A stretch of DNA of 64,000 nt from a virus (IMGVR_UViG_2791355477_000007), one strand, 5' to 3'. Positions 49,298-59,747 are shown, counted from the stretch's first letter. The notes: a model not told the origin generated them from the letters alone. Made by a program: numbers and translations.

Positions 49298-50242
49298 TTA
49301 GCAGTATTTAGGCTTATAGAAGTCGATTCTCATTTCTGGAATGTTAAACATTGCCCCTGATTCAGCACTTGGTAAGTGTTTATTTACCTGATACATCTTC
49401 GCATCAATAGAATCAATAAAATGTAGTAAAAGTGCCTCTTTTACTTTTGGTACAACAGGTGAACCCCACTCCAATTGCCCATGATGACTAAGAACCATAT
49501 GTGATAGTAGCATTGGTACTTCACTGTTCTTGTCCAACTTTTCTTCTTGAATAAGCTTTACAACTGTTTTATGAATAGCTGTATCCATAATAGCAATATG
49601 ACCTCGCAAATTACCTTCTACTGAGTAAGCGGGATTTAGGGGATTCTCAATTTCAATTAATTTCCCTAAATCATGCAGAATAATACTTGCACAAAGTAAG
49701 TCTTCATTTGCTCCATATATTTTAGCTAATTGCTTGGCTGATAGTAACATCGTGTACACATGATATCCCAAGCCACCAACAACCTCATGGTGAAATTTCT
49801 TGGCCGCAACATGGTCGTAGAATTTTTCTTTACATGGTTCAAAGATTGTCTTTGTAATTAATTTAATCTCTTTATCTTTCATGTTCTCAATTGTTGATTC
49901 AATTTCAGCACGAATGATATCTCCATCCATAGCAACAGTTTCAACTAAATCACCTTTATCAAATTCCGTGGATTCTTTAATCGTTGATAGTTTAACTTGC
50001 AATTTATCTCCATATTCTGTAACAACACCTGTTAAATGAGCAACTGGAAAATCTTTTTCAAAAAGAGTACGAAGTTCTTCCGTAATGGACCAACAAATCG
50101 TTTCTAATGAACCTGTTTTATTTGCTAAGTTGAATTTAAAATACGGATTCTTATTTTGTGCAATAGACTCATTTAAATTTTTTAATAAAAACACACCATT
50201 AATTCTGTCACCTTTTTTTAATTTGCTTAGATTTACTACCAT
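49298..50242 (-). CDS. YhaM-like 3'-5' exonuclease (OB-fold + HD domain)
   Basis: 314 aa as B. subtilis YhaM; AAKKFHHEVVGGLGYHV / LLCASIILHDLGKL / SVEGNLRGHIAIM parallel YhaM AATKNHHEFVSGLAFHV / LLYAGIILHDLGKV / TVEGNLLGHISIM; divergent so probably an accessory paralog. Confidence 0.75.
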   Translation of the reverse strand: MVVNLSKLKKGDRINGVFLLKNLNESIAQNKNPYFKFNLANKTGSLETICWSITEELRTLFEKDFPVAHLTGVVTEYGDKLQVKLSTIKESTEFDKGDLVETVAMDGDIIRAEIESTIENMKDKEIKLITKTIFEPCKEKFYDHVAAKKFHHEVVGGLGYHVYTMLLSAKQLAKIYGANEDLLCASIILHDLGKLIEIENPLNPAYSVEGNLRGHIAIMDTAIHKTVVKLIQEEKLDKNSEVPMLLSHMVLSHHGQLEWGSPVVPKVKEALLLHFIDSIDAKMYQVNKHLPSAESGAMFNIPEMRIDFYKPKYC

Positions 50243-50440
50243 TTAATTTGCAACCCCTTTTTATTTCGATTCTTTTTCTATTGACTATAGTATATAACAT
50301 GAATTCCGTTTAGTAAATTATTTTTTGTAAAAATACACAATAAAAAAGAAGAGATACAATCCCTTCTTTAAAAGAATAGTTGTTTTTTGCACGACATAAT
50401 CAATTCAACTCATTCTTCAACTCTTTCAAAACATCCATTT

Positions 50441-50848
50441 CTAATTCTGTATAGTAAGTATCTCTTCTAATGACAGTTTTTTTGCCAACATACTCTTTGC
50501 GACTTTAATTGCTATTTGTTCTCTACCTATTTTCCTACTAATTTCTATACCCATTCTTATGCCTTCTTCTTCCGCACCTTCCATCCGTGTTCTCTGGTCT
50601 GATAAATATTTATCCCTTAATTCGATGGACCTTTTCAATTCATTAACAAAAGGTTCTTCTAAAACATAACCCTTATCATTTAAGAAACTCTTTATAACTC
50701 TTTCTATCATTTCTGAATCCGACTCGATTAATAGAATAATAGTCTCTTTTTGTAGCCCCGTTGTTTTAGATACATCCTTTACGTTCGTTGTTCTTTTTAG
50801 TAATTCTATTGCCTCTTGTACCTTATTTGCATTCTTCATATCCAACAC
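50441..50848 (-). CDS. small protein carrying the Rpn C-terminal module only
   Basis: ELRDKYLSDQRTRMEGA...IAIKVAKSML matches C-terminus of Rpn paralogs (ELREKHLSDEKTRIEGA...AIEIAKSLL); lacks nuclease core. Confidence 0.4.
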   Translation of the reverse strand: MLDMKNANKVQEAIELLKRTTNVKDVSKTTGLQKETIILLIESDSEMIERVIKSFLNDKGYVLEEPFVNELKRSIELRDKYLSDQRTRMEGAEEEGIRMGIEISRKIGREQIAIKVAKSMLAKKLSLEEILTIQN

Positions 50849-50933
50849 CTTCCTTTTACATTATTTTACCATTATTGATGCGGGCAAAAAATAAAACCTA
50901 CTCAGTAATTGAGTAGGTTTACATAAAAACTTC

Positions 50934-51788
50934 TTAAACTTGTTTCTTTATCGCCTCAATAGCTTCCGCTGATAACCCTGTATGCTTTGAAATTTCTGAT
51001 ACAGGTAATACGTCTAAAAGACTTTTTGCTATTTCTATTGCTTTTTCTTCCTTACCTTCTTCCTTTGATTCTGCTCTCGCACCTTCAATACGAGTCTTTT
51101 CATCTGATAAATGTTTTTCACGCAACTCATATTCTCTCTTTACTTCATCGTCTGCACTTAGATAATTTAATTTGTTATCTGCTTTATTAATTAATCCATC
51201 CATTCCTCGTAACACCTCCAATTCCTCGGTAGGTACATCCTCTTTCAAGAACAATAACCATCTGTGAAGTGGGTTTGAATAATCTTTATTCTCTATTTTA
51301 TCAAACTTAGGCAATTCTATGAAATGAATTTCCAATAAATCAGTTAACATACATTTTTCAGTATCCTCATACAAATGGAACGTTGAACGATATGATTCTA
51401 ACTCCAACATTTCAAATCCTAACAAATTGATGGTAATTGTTTTGGATAATTCTTTGAAGTTTTGTCCTGACTTGAAGTTTTCTGTGTATAGTTTAGACCA
51501 ATAAAATAAAGTTCGATGAACCATATTATACTGATTAAGCAGTTGAACTTCTACATTAATCTTTTCCTTTTTACTTGTAATAGCTTTAATATCCAAAATA
51601 CCTTGTTTCTCTACTAAGGATTCCTTTGTAAGCTTTTCTTCTCTTACTTCAATATCTTCAATACGGAACGATACAATTGAATTTAAAAATCCAATTAACA
51701 AGTCTTTATCCGTGTTTTCACCAAAAATCTTTTTAAAAATAAAATCATTTAGTGGTTTTAATCTCTTTGCTCCAACGAACTGTTCCAT
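50934..51788 (-). CDS. Rpn/YhgA-like PD-(D/E)XK nuclease family putative transposase
   Basis: RLKPLNDFIFKKIFGEN N-terminus; ~50% identical to 37684..38523. Confidence 0.75.
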   Translation of the reverse strand: MEQFVGAKRLKPLNDFIFKKIFGENTDKDLLIGFLNSIVSFRIEDIEVREEKLTKESLVEKQGILDIKAITSKKEKINVEVQLLNQYNMVHRTLFYWSKLYTENFKSGQNFKELSKTITINLLGFEMLELESYRSTFHLYEDTEKCMLTDLLEIHFIELPKFDKIENKDYSNPLHRWLLFLKEDVPTEELEVLRGMDGLINKADNKLNYLSADDEVKREYELREKHLSDEKTRIEGARAESKEEGKEEKAIEIAKSLLDVLPVSEISKHTGLSAEAIEAIKKQV

Positions 51789-51865
51789 TCTCTATTTCTC
51801 CCTTTTTAAAAGTTATCTTCATAACTTTGTAATGTGTGTAAGAAAAGCCAAATCAAAGATTCGGC

Positions 51866-52708
51866 TTAATTTTCATATTTAATTCCTCGAATATAATCTA
51901 CAGCTTTTTGTGCTTGGGCACTTGCTTGTACAATTAAACGAGAATCACCTTTTAATGCTCCTAACCAACCTTTTAAATATGACGCACTGTTTTCAAATGT
52001 ACTATTATCAATACCTGCAATTGCAGATAGCATAGATGCACCAAGTTCAGCAACAAGCTCCTCTTTGGAATATACTTCATCACCAAAGTTAGCCTGTTCT
52101 ACGATACCTGCTCGATTCAAGCGACTTTTATGACCTGTTGAATGAACCAATTCATGAAAACATGTAGAATAAAACTCATCTACATTCGGAAAATGTTTCA
52201 TTGGTGGTACATTTACGACATCCATTGATGGGCGATAGAATGCCGAACCAGGATTATAAGTCATATCTGGTTTATTCATAAAGTCTTCAATTAATTTTTC
52301 AGCTTCTGCTACAGGGTCATGCTCAAAAGATTCATTTACTCGCTTACTTTCTATCCCCTCACATTGCGTATTAATTTCATAAACTCTGTAGTAACGTAAT
52401 AATGGATATGTGTCCTCTTCATTTTCTTCATCTTTCTTTCCCTTTTTCTTAATCCATTTCCATAATACTGCGATACTATATTTCTTACCTTCTCCTTCTT
52501 TAATTCTTCCACCTGCTTCTTTAATTTGTTTATACGTTGCATATTCCCCACTTGATAATAAAAATTGATTAATACCACGATAAGGAGTTTGCGTTTTCCA
52601 ATTCACTGCAACCGCTTCGCCTACCCAAGGTTTTCTCCAAGGAATTGTACCTTCTTCTAACTTTTTAATAATATTTTCTGTTACAACATCATATACTGCT
52701 TCACTCAT
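51866..52708 (-). CDS. ArdC-like antirestriction protein (ArdC N-domain + zincin HExxH)
   Basis: N-term ...LEEGTIPWRKPW (ArdC_N IPW motif); C-term FHELVHSTGH zincin motif. Confidence 0.65.
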   Translation of the reverse strand: MSEAVYDVVTENIIKKLEEGTIPWRKPWVGEAVAVNWKTQTPYRGINQFLLSSGEYATYKQIKEAGGRIKEGEGKKYSIAVLWKWIKKKGKKDEENEEDTYPLLRYYRVYEINTQCEGIESKRVNESFEHDPVAEAEKLIEDFMNKPDMTYNPGSAFYRPSMDVVNVPPMKHFPNVDEFYSTCFHELVHSTGHKSRLNRAGIVEQANFGDEVYSKEELVAELGASMLSAIAGIDNSTFENSASYLKGWLGALKGDSRLIVQASAQAQKAVDYIRGIKYEN

Positions 52709-52834
52709 AATAAGAATCCACCTTTTTAATAAATTTTTTAAATTACCTGTTTTATATATTCCATTTATTTTAGATTCTAAGAATCCTACTTATTCGTTGT
52801 TGGTAAAAATGACATAAAAAAACCACCTATAATA

Positions 52835-54085
52835 TTAGGCGGTTTTAGTCAATTCTATTTGCTCGAATTCATCTATAAAAATGGAATCCCAAGCTTCTTC
52901 ATATATACTAAACTTACTTCTTCTTCCTGTTGCCAATGAAACGCCTTGTGCATCTTCTCTAATATCTTCAATAGGAATAATCCAAGTGTTATACTCAGCT
53001 CCATTTGACACAAGATACAACACATAATCACAGCTTTGTTCATTGATATCTTTTATCTTCCCGTTTTTTAATACTGTTTCATTTTCATAAATTTCTTTGT
53101 TTTTTCGTTGTGTTTGTACATATGTAAAACTTGCTCTGCCTTTTTCATTTGCATTCGCATATTTAATTAAGATTCTCTTTCCACAAACTTCTAAGTCATG
53201 TCTTCTATGCTTTATCTTTTCAACCTCAGGGTAAATTTTCTTTAACTTATTAAAAATATAATTCATATCTTTATTTTGTAGCTTTTTCGAGTAGCTTTTC
53301 TTGTTTAACTTTTTATAATATAAATCTTGATATGTATAGCCCTTCGCAATATACTTTTGAAATGTGGATTTGGAAATGCCAAAATAAGCAGACCATTCAT
53401 TTATTGATTTAAGCTCACCATTTAGCTCTAAGAATTTTCGAGGACGCTTCCTGATACAACCACAGCTTTGTTTCAACTTCCTAAACAACTGACTTTCACT
53501 TGCGAAAGTTTTCTTTCCACAATCACACTGGCATTCAAATAAAGTTCTGCCATCTTTATAGACTGAATGAAATCCTAACACTTCCAAACGAGAATATTTC
53601 TTTCCAACAAGTTTTTTTTCTTTCTCATTTAAATCTACTTTCGTGTATTTCTTACCTCTTTCTTTTCTATGTTGTTTCCTACATTCAAGACATCCGATTT
53701 TTAATCGTCTAAGATTTGACCATCTCACTTCTTTGATTCCATGTGTTTTACATTTGAATTTTATAAATTGCTCTTTACCCGTATATGTTTTTGTTAATAA
53801 TTCGTACCCAGACTTTTCAATCTTTTCTTTTATTTCATCAATAATAAAAATTTGCTTTGTACCTATTGGTACCCCTTTTTCTTTTTTTCTCCTAAATTGA
53901 TTTCGGCATTCGGAACAACCAACGTCTACACGTCTAAAGTTCCCCCATTCCACCTCTTTAACTCCGTGCAACTTACATCTAAATTTTATAGGCTGTCTAT
54001 TATTTTTATATACTTTTGTTAACAATTCGTACCCAGACTCTTCAAATTTCGCCTTAATTTCCTCGATTGTAATTTTTCTATACAA
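52835..54085 (-). CDS. Cys-rich modular protein, paralog of 54645..55838 (duplicated ~55-aa zinc-ribbon-like modules + HTH-like segment + C-terminal domain)
   Basis: two repeats of GYELLTK.Y.....IKF.C..HG.KEV.W.N.RR...GC.ECR, then CQCDCGK...SCGCIRK, then helix-turn-helix-like NEWSAYFGISKSTFQKYI. Confidence 0.45.
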   Translation of the reverse strand: MYRKITIEEIKAKFEESGYELLTKVYKNNRQPIKFRCKLHGVKEVEWGNFRRVDVGCSECRNQFRRKKEKGVPIGTKQIFIIDEIKEKIEKSGYELLTKTYTGKEQFIKFKCKTHGIKEVRWSNLRRLKIGCLECRKQHRKERGKKYTKVDLNEKEKKLVGKKYSRLEVLGFHSVYKDGRTLFECQCDCGKKTFASESQLFRKLKQSCGCIRKRPRKFLELNGELKSINEWSAYFGISKSTFQKYIAKGYTYQDLYYKKLNKKSYSKKLQNKDMNYIFNKLKKIYPEVEKIKHRRHDLEVCGKRILIKYANANEKGRASFTYVQTQRKNKEIYENETVLKNGKIKDINEQSCDYVLYLVSNGAEYNTWIIPIEDIREDAQGVSLATGRRSKFSIYEEAWDSIFIDEFEQIELTKTA

Positions 54086-54133
54086 ATTGAATCATCCTTT
54101 ATTTTAAATTATAAAGTTGATTTTACTATTTTT

Positions 54134-54147
54134 ATTAACTATAGTCA
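54134..54147 (-). promoter_or_regulatory. TTGACTATAGTTAA box (minus-strand reading) in promoter of 52835..54085
   Basis: 14-bp near-palindrome; -35-like TTGACT; one of 5 copies in window. Confidence 0.35.
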
Positions 54148-54238
54148 ATGTAAATTCGGATTGTTTTTCATCCTCATTTTCATCACAATAAAAAAGACCA
54201 TTTAGTATAATAACTAAACGGTCTACCTTCTTACCCTA

Positions 54239-54550
54239 TTAAAATCCAAAAATATACTTCATACGCTGACTTACACCCCAATGAATATCTTCCAATGGTG
54301 TTTTTCTCGCTCTTTGTTCAAATCCATTAAACACCATTTCTTTGGAACCATTAAAGATACGATAAGCAATTATAGGTTTGTCATATTCTTCTTCTTCTGT
54401 TCCTTCAGATATTTGAACCATAATACCACCTAAATTATCTTTATAAGCAATATTGAACCCATTTTTAGTAGGCTCATATTCCCAATTATCCCCCAGATTT
54501 CTTCTTAATTGTCCTGCATTTGATAATTCGATTAAACCATATAAAGTCAT
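54239..54550 (-). CDS. hypothetical protein (103 aa)
   Basis: ORF between the two Cys-rich paralogs. Confidence 0.4.
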   Translation of the reverse strand: MTLYGLIELSNAGQLRRNLGDNWEYEPTKNGFNIAYKDNLGGIMVQISEGTEEEEYDKPIIAYRIFNGSKEMVFNGFEQRARKTPLEDIHWGVSQRMKYIFGF

Positions 54551-54644
54551 ATAAATTCTCCTTTGAAATAATTTTTAAAAATACCTTTTTTATATATTGT
54601 TTATATATTATAGGTGGTATATACAATATATATAAATGTAATTC

Positions 54645-55838
54645 TTAAATTATATTCCAGTTTTCTCTATAACTATCATATTTCCCATTTCTGTAAGGAG
54701 AGAAAGAAATAGATTGTAACTCATCACTTATTCGATGCGTTGGAATTATCCAACAGTCATACCTTCCTTTATTGTCTACAACAAATATGATATGGGAATA
54801 AGACATATGATACTGCTTGCGTATTCGTCCATTGGCTAATACAATTTCATTATCATATAACTCCCCATTTCTTCTGGGGGTTTGCGTTAAGTTAAAACAT
54901 CCTTTGTTATTGCTATTTCCAATTGCATATTTAATAAGAACCTTTTGTTCGTTTAGAATCAGACAATTTTGTTTTGCTATATTAGTACACTCAAATGCTT
55001 TATTGAACTCTTTTAATTTGTCTTTAATATGTAATATCACTTTTTCCTTATCTGTTTGGTTTTTATATAATCCATTACAGGTAGTTCTTAATTCTTCATA
55101 ATCATAACCTTGTGATAATAATTGCTTTAATTTTTTTTGACTTAATTTGAAGTATTGTGCCCATTCTTTCATCATTAAAGATTCGCCATTTAATGTAATA
55201 CGCTCTTTTTTGCTTTCTTTCCTTATACATCCACAGCTCCGAGTGTTTTCAGATTCAAGTTTAAATCGAGTCGTAATTACTTCTTTACCACAAGTGCATC
55301 TGCATAAGAATTTTGTTGGTTTTTTCTTTTCCATCGAATGAATTTTTATAACCAATAAACGAGAAAATCTTTCCCCTACGATGTGCTTATCCTTCTCATT
55401 GAGCTTTGTACGTTTAATATCCATGTTCTTGTTTGTTCTTTCTTTCGAACAATCCTTACAACCTATCTTAGACCTTCTAAAATTCGCCCATGTTGTAACT
55501 TGTTCTTTATGTACTGGACAATCAAAAACTAATTCTTGTTTATTATTTATGTATATTTTAGTTTTCAATTGATATCCTCTATTGCTAAACGCTTTGTCTA
55601 CAACTTCCCATCTAACAGTCTTTCCCTTACATTCATGACAACCCATATTTCTAATAAACTTACCCCAGGTTGTTTCCAATGTTCCATGATTGGAACAAAT
55701 GAATTTTAATGGGCTTTTACGGTCAATATAGCGATTTGTAAGCAATCTTAAACCCTGCTCATTGAATTTCTTTCGAATAAATTTTATATTTGGAACCGCA
55801 GTTCCTTTTTCTAATTGAATACTCATTGCCTCTGTCAT
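54645..55838 (-). CDS. Cys-rich modular protein, paralog of 52835..54085
   Basis: same duplicated C..HG...W..F.....GC..C module, CRCTCGK...SCGCIRK, HTH-like MKEWAQYFKLSQKKLKQLL. Confidence 0.45.
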   Translation of the reverse strand: MTEAMSIQLEKGTAVPNIKFIRKKFNEQGLRLLTNRYIDRKSPLKFICSNHGTLETTWGKFIRNMGCHECKGKTVRWEVVDKAFSNRGYQLKTKIYINNKQELVFDCPVHKEQVTTWANFRRSKIGCKDCSKERTNKNMDIKRTKLNEKDKHIVGERFSRLLVIKIHSMEKKKPTKFLCRCTCGKEVITTRFKLESENTRSCGCIRKESKKERITLNGESLMMKEWAQYFKLSQKKLKQLLSQGYDYEELRTTCNGLYKNQTDKEKVILHIKDKLKEFNKAFECTNIAKQNCLILNEQKVLIKYAIGNSNNKGCFNLTQTPRRNGELYDNEIVLANGRIRKQYHMSYSHIIFVVDNKGRYDCWIIPTHRISDELQSISFSPYRNGKYDSYRENWNII

Positions 55839-55985
55839 TTTAAACCCCTATATTTATTCAAATCATTAATCATAAACCTAATAAACTATTGTATTATAGC
55901 AAAATTCTCACTTCATCACATCTATTTTTCATAAACAAAAGATAGATACAACAAACGTATCTACCTCTTAGTAATATATATCTTA

Positions 55986-56468
55986 TTACAAAAATTCTCG
56001 GACTGAATTTTCCATTGAAAAAATCTCAAGGATTGAATAATTTTTCTGAGAAATATTTACACCATACTCTGGTTTTGATGTTTGCCCAGGCTTAGTATAT
56101 CCTCTATCAACAAAAACACCATTAGGTTCAGACCATGCTTCTGCGGGTATCAGAAAAACATCTGGAAATCTCCCATGTTCAAAAACCAATAATGCAAGAT
56201 ATAAATGTTTATTGGTTATATCAAATTTGGTTTTCTCCATGTAGACATAGCCCATACCCCTTATTGATTTTACCTGAATTTCTTTAAAATTACCTTTTTT
56301 ATCTTTTACAATAAAATCTATTCCGTGGTCATCAATTTCTGGAGAGTATACCTGTAGTCCATATGATGCAAACTCCATTTTTGCAAAATATTCGCCATAT
56401 CTCCCTATTTGTAATTTCTCTAATTTTTCCCAATGTAAGTTCGGCATTCGCATTTCCCCTTTGCTCAT
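55986..56468 (-). CDS. hypothetical protein with PD-(D/E)XK-like motif
   Basis: ...DDHGIDFIVKDKKGNFKEIQVKS fits D-x(n)-E-x-K restriction-endonuclease-fold pattern; weak. Confidence 0.35.
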   Translation of the reverse strand: MSKGEMRMPNLHWEKLEKLQIGRYGEYFAKMEFASYGLQVYSPEIDDHGIDFIVKDKKGNFKEIQVKSIRGMGYVYMEKTKFDITNKHLYLALLVFEHGRFPDVFLIPAEAWSEPNGVFVDRGYTKPGQTSKPEYGVNISQKNYSILEIFSMENSVREFL

Positions 56469-56577
56469 CCTTTAGTTATCATCATAACATTTTGAATAAT
56501 ATTAGATAAAGTATATATAATATATAGATTTTATAAATTGGCATTTCACAAGAAATGAACTTTAGGAGGAATTATAC

Positions 56578-56814
56578 ATGATGATGGTATTAATTAAACA
56601 CGAACTGGATACAGTAGCGAGAAAAGTGTCTCTAAATGATGCTTTTTTAGAAGCCTTAGAATGGTCAGGAAATCCTACATCTGACATCGAAAAGCAAGAA
56701 GATGACTTACTTCAATATCTAAAGAAACATCCTCAATTTATTCATAAAATTGAAGATGGATATAAGATTCAAGTCTTAATAGGTTGGAATTATGAAGTGC
56801 AGACACAAGCATAA
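56578..56814 (+). CDS. hypothetical protein (78 aa)
   Basis: RBS AGGAGGAA. Confidence 0.4.
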   Translation: MMMVLIKHELDTVARKVSLNDAFLEALEWSGNPTSDIEKQEDDLLQYLKKHPQFIHKIEDGYKIQVLIGWNYEVQTQA

Positions 56815-56848
56815 AAAAAAGCAGTGAACTTAATCACTGCTTTTTTTC
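56814..56848. terminator. bidirectional terminator between convergent genes
   Basis: AAAAAAAAGCAGTGAacttaaTCACTGCTTTTTTT. Confidence 0.6.
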
Positions 56849-56851
56849 TTA

Positions 56852-58429
56852 TTACATCAGTTTACTTAATTCTAACCCTAAAGCACTAATATTACGTTGA
56901 CCATTGAAATAGTGGATATGAACGTCCTTATCTTTAACATTACTTAGTGCTTTTCTATAAATGGCATGATTTGAATGGGATGTCTCAAAACACACAATAT
57001 CCATGTTGCTTAAGAATGATAAATCAATTCCTTTTTCATCAGGTAGAATCGTTCGAATACCAGGATAAACTTGCTTGATTCGTTGATGCCAGTTTTGATG
57101 GCCACCGACAATTGCAATTCTTGCATTTTCTAATTGAGCAGAATAATCTTCTTCTACCATATCTTCTTGCTCTATTTGTTCTTGCTCTTTAAATACATAT
57201 TCTCTTAATGAAATTACTTCTTTACGAAGCATTTCATCTTCTTTTACTGTTTCTTCTTTTTCTTTTAATTTACGTTCTAATTCTTTAATATACGCCTCTT
57301 GTTCAGAGATTTTGTCATTCAGTTCTTTTTCTCTTGATTCGAATTCTTTTTCTTTTTTCGTTAATTCGATTACTTTTTCATTCGCAAGCTTTTCTTTTTC
57401 AATGGCTTGATATAAAGCAGAGTCATCTTTATTTAGATACTCGTCTCTTAGCTCCTTATATTGTTTCGCCATCATACAAATTAATAACGATGCACTCAAA
57501 TAAAAAGTAAAATCTTCATCGGTCAAACGTCCTCTGTCTTTTGAAGCGGAAAACATTTGATAAATATCAATGTATTCTTCTCTTGTAATTTCAGTTGTAG
57601 CATAAAAATTCATATCATTTAGATTTTGTAAACGCAATACACCACTTAAAGGTTTAATGTATCTATACATACCTCTCTTATACAATTCATTAAACAGTTC
57701 ATTTGGTGCCATTCTTTTTAAAGGCTTTTCTTTACTTAATTCCTTAAGTAATTTATCCTCCATTTTCACAATCATGTCATCTATATTTTCAACTTTTCCA
57801 AATTTACATCCTGTCACTTCTTGAAACTTGGATAATGCAGGAATCTGGTTTTTTGCTCTACCTTCTAACATTTCTTTATCAGTTACGGCTATAGAATTGA
57901 TATTTACAACAACATTCCTGAAGTGTTCTTGAATCTCCATACTACGCCAATTTATTTGTTTCTTCTCATATAAGTACATTACACAAGAAATGACTAATAA
58001 CAATTTAGACTCAGATAAATAGGAATCACTTCTTCCTCTGTAAAAGTCCACAAAATGATTGATATTAAAGGTTGGATTTCTTTCTACATAATCACTAAGT
58101 CTCTTATATCCTTTCTTAATGAACTTTCGTAAAAAGGCATCCCCCTCACCCTTCTCTTCATACCAAGCATATAGAGCTAAAGCTTCTCTCATCTTTTTCT
58201 CTTCTATTGCTGTATATGTTGAAAATAAAGGATTTTCATAAAAGCGACTGTTTTTGTATGCAATCATGCAATCCTGTTGATTTTCTTTATATAAAGATGC
58301 TAACTCTTCCTCTAATTCCTTATGCACTGCGATACTTGCAACTGTATATACGACAAGAATTTCATTAACATCTATTTCTTTATCACCATTATTATTTCTT
58401 ATTATTACCCGTAAATCTGTATTCGTCAT
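56852..58429 (-). CDS. large hypothetical protein (525 aa) with central coiled coil and conserved C-terminal ~90-aa domain
   Basis: EKEKLANEKVIELTKKEKEFESREKELNDKISEQEAYIKELERKLKEKEE heptad-like; C-term IAIVGGHQNWH...DIVCFETSHSNH. Confidence 0.45.
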   Translation of the reverse strand: MTNTDLRVIIRNNNGDKEIDVNEILVVYTVASIAVHKELEEELASLYKENQQDCMIAYKNSRFYENPLFSTYTAIEEKKMREALALYAWYEEKGEGDAFLRKFIKKGYKRLSDYVERNPTFNINHFVDFYRGRSDSYLSESKLLLVISCVMYLYEKKQINWRSMEIQEHFRNVVVNINSIAVTDKEMLEGRAKNQIPALSKFQEVTGCKFGKVENIDDMIVKMEDKLLKELSKEKPLKRMAPNELFNELYKRGMYRYIKPLSGVLRLQNLNDMNFYATTEITREEYIDIYQMFSASKDRGRLTDEDFTFYLSASLLICMMAKQYKELRDEYLNKDDSALYQAIEKEKLANEKVIELTKKEKEFESREKELNDKISEQEAYIKELERKLKEKEETVKEDEMLRKEVISLREYVFKEQEQIEQEDMVEEDYSAQLENARIAIVGGHQNWHQRIKQVYPGIRTILPDEKGIDLSFLSNMDIVCFETSHSNHAIYRKALSNVKDKDVHIHYFNGQRNISALGLELSKLM

Positions 58430-58566
58430 AAAATAACCTCCACTAATTTCCTAAGCAAGTACAATTTATTTAACTATATTATATAACAAAAAAAGACTTT
58501 TGTAAAAAATAATTTACTAAAGTCTTTTAAATCAGTTTAAAACTACCTATCAAATTATGTATAAAA

Positions 58567-58890
58567 CTACTTATCGCAATCAATGGTTCCGTCTGATTTA
58601 TATATCGGATTCATTGTCACCCCTGCTGAACCTGATGATTTTGTATAGGTATACACATATTTACAGGATGTTTTTTTATCCTGTAAAATTGTGATTTCTG
58701 ACAAATTGCTTTTCTCTTCAAATGGAACATCATTCTGTTCTAAAATCTGCATTCTTGAATCTTTCTTAAAATCAGGTTTCTTATTTAACTCAGCAAAAAT
58801 GTCTTTATGTTCTGGTTTTTTTGGCGATTGTGGAGTCATGCATCCTGCCAATAGCACGATTGGAATTAATAAAACAAAGATTTTCTTCAT
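58567..58890 (-). CDS. putative lipoprotein (107 aa)
   Basis: MKKIFVLLIPIVLLAGC lipobox. Confidence 0.55.
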   Translation of the reverse strand: MKKIFVLLIPIVLLAGCMTPQSPKKPEHKDIFAELNKKPDFKKDSRMQILEQNDVPFEEKSNLSEITILQDKKTSCKYVYTYTKSSGSAGVTMNPIYKSDGTIDCDK

Positions 58891-59033
58891 ACTATCACAC
58901 CCTTATCTAACAGATTATATTTAATTTTAGATATATATATCTTATATAAGAATGCTTTAGGTGTTCGACCTTGCTCTATCATTTTTTTATATAAAAAAGC
59001 TCTCATATTGTCTGAGAACTTCATGAAAATTGT

Positions 59034-59741
59034 TTATTTAGCCTGTAAATACCCTGCTTCTCTCATCGTTATCGGACGCAAATCTATTAGCTCTGGTGCA
59101 TCTTCTGTATTCTCTTGTTTAAAATCAGCGAAATAGATATTATCCTTTGTTTTTACGATGAATCCTGTTTGTTGACTGGATTTATTCATCATAAAATCAT
59201 CTACCGAGATTCCAAGCTCTTTTGAAACCAAGTCCTGCCGAATATCCGCATTTGTTTGGGCAGTAATTATTTCATTTTTTGATAAATTATAAAGCCATAA
59301 CATAGTACATAGAATTCCTATAATAAACAAGACAGAAGTACCAATCGAAATCATTATTTTTTTAAACTTATTTTCTTTTGGGGGAGTTGCTTTGTTGATA
59401 ATTGTTACATTTGATAAATCAGTAGGTTTTCTGGGATATGCCTTCGACAACGCTAACATCTCTTCTTCTGTCGTCTCATGATTTACTAAAAATTTACTTT
59501 TAGCCTCTTTAAAAAATGTAATCTCAGACTCATCTGTGGCACATTGCATTAACTCATTAAACATCTGATAAGAAAAATCTCTACCTTGCTCCTTTTGAAC
59601 CTCCTGTACCACTTGTTGCATTTCTTCAAGCGAATATGTATTTTCCATAAAAAATTCTTTTAATTTATCTTGATTGCTTGTATTGAAAAAATCTTTTACC
59701 GCTTCTTTCGCTTTTTGGAATCGTTCGTTTGTTGGACTCAT
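59034..59741 (-). CDS. hypothetical single-TM protein (235 aa)
   Basis: central TM helix SIGTSVLFIIGILCTMLWLY. Confidence 0.4.
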   Translation of the reverse strand: MSPTNERFQKAKEAVKDFFNTSNQDKLKEFFMENTYSLEEMQQVVQEVQKEQGRDFSYQMFNELMQCATDESEITFFKEAKSKFLVNHETTEEEMLALSKAYPRKPTDLSNVTIINKATPPKENKFKKIMISIGTSVLFIIGILCTMLWLYNLSKNEIITAQTNADIRQDLVSKELGISVDDFMMNKSSQQTGFIVKTKDNIYFADFKQENTEDAPELIDLRPITMREAGYLQAK

Positions 59742-59747
59742 ACGTTA

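Noticed and set aside
53500-55572. Plus-strand ORFs 53500..53712, 53643..53900, 54817..55101, 55147..55341, 55381..55572
   Set aside because: All antisense to the two large Cys-rich genes; hydrophobic low-complexity; no RBS.
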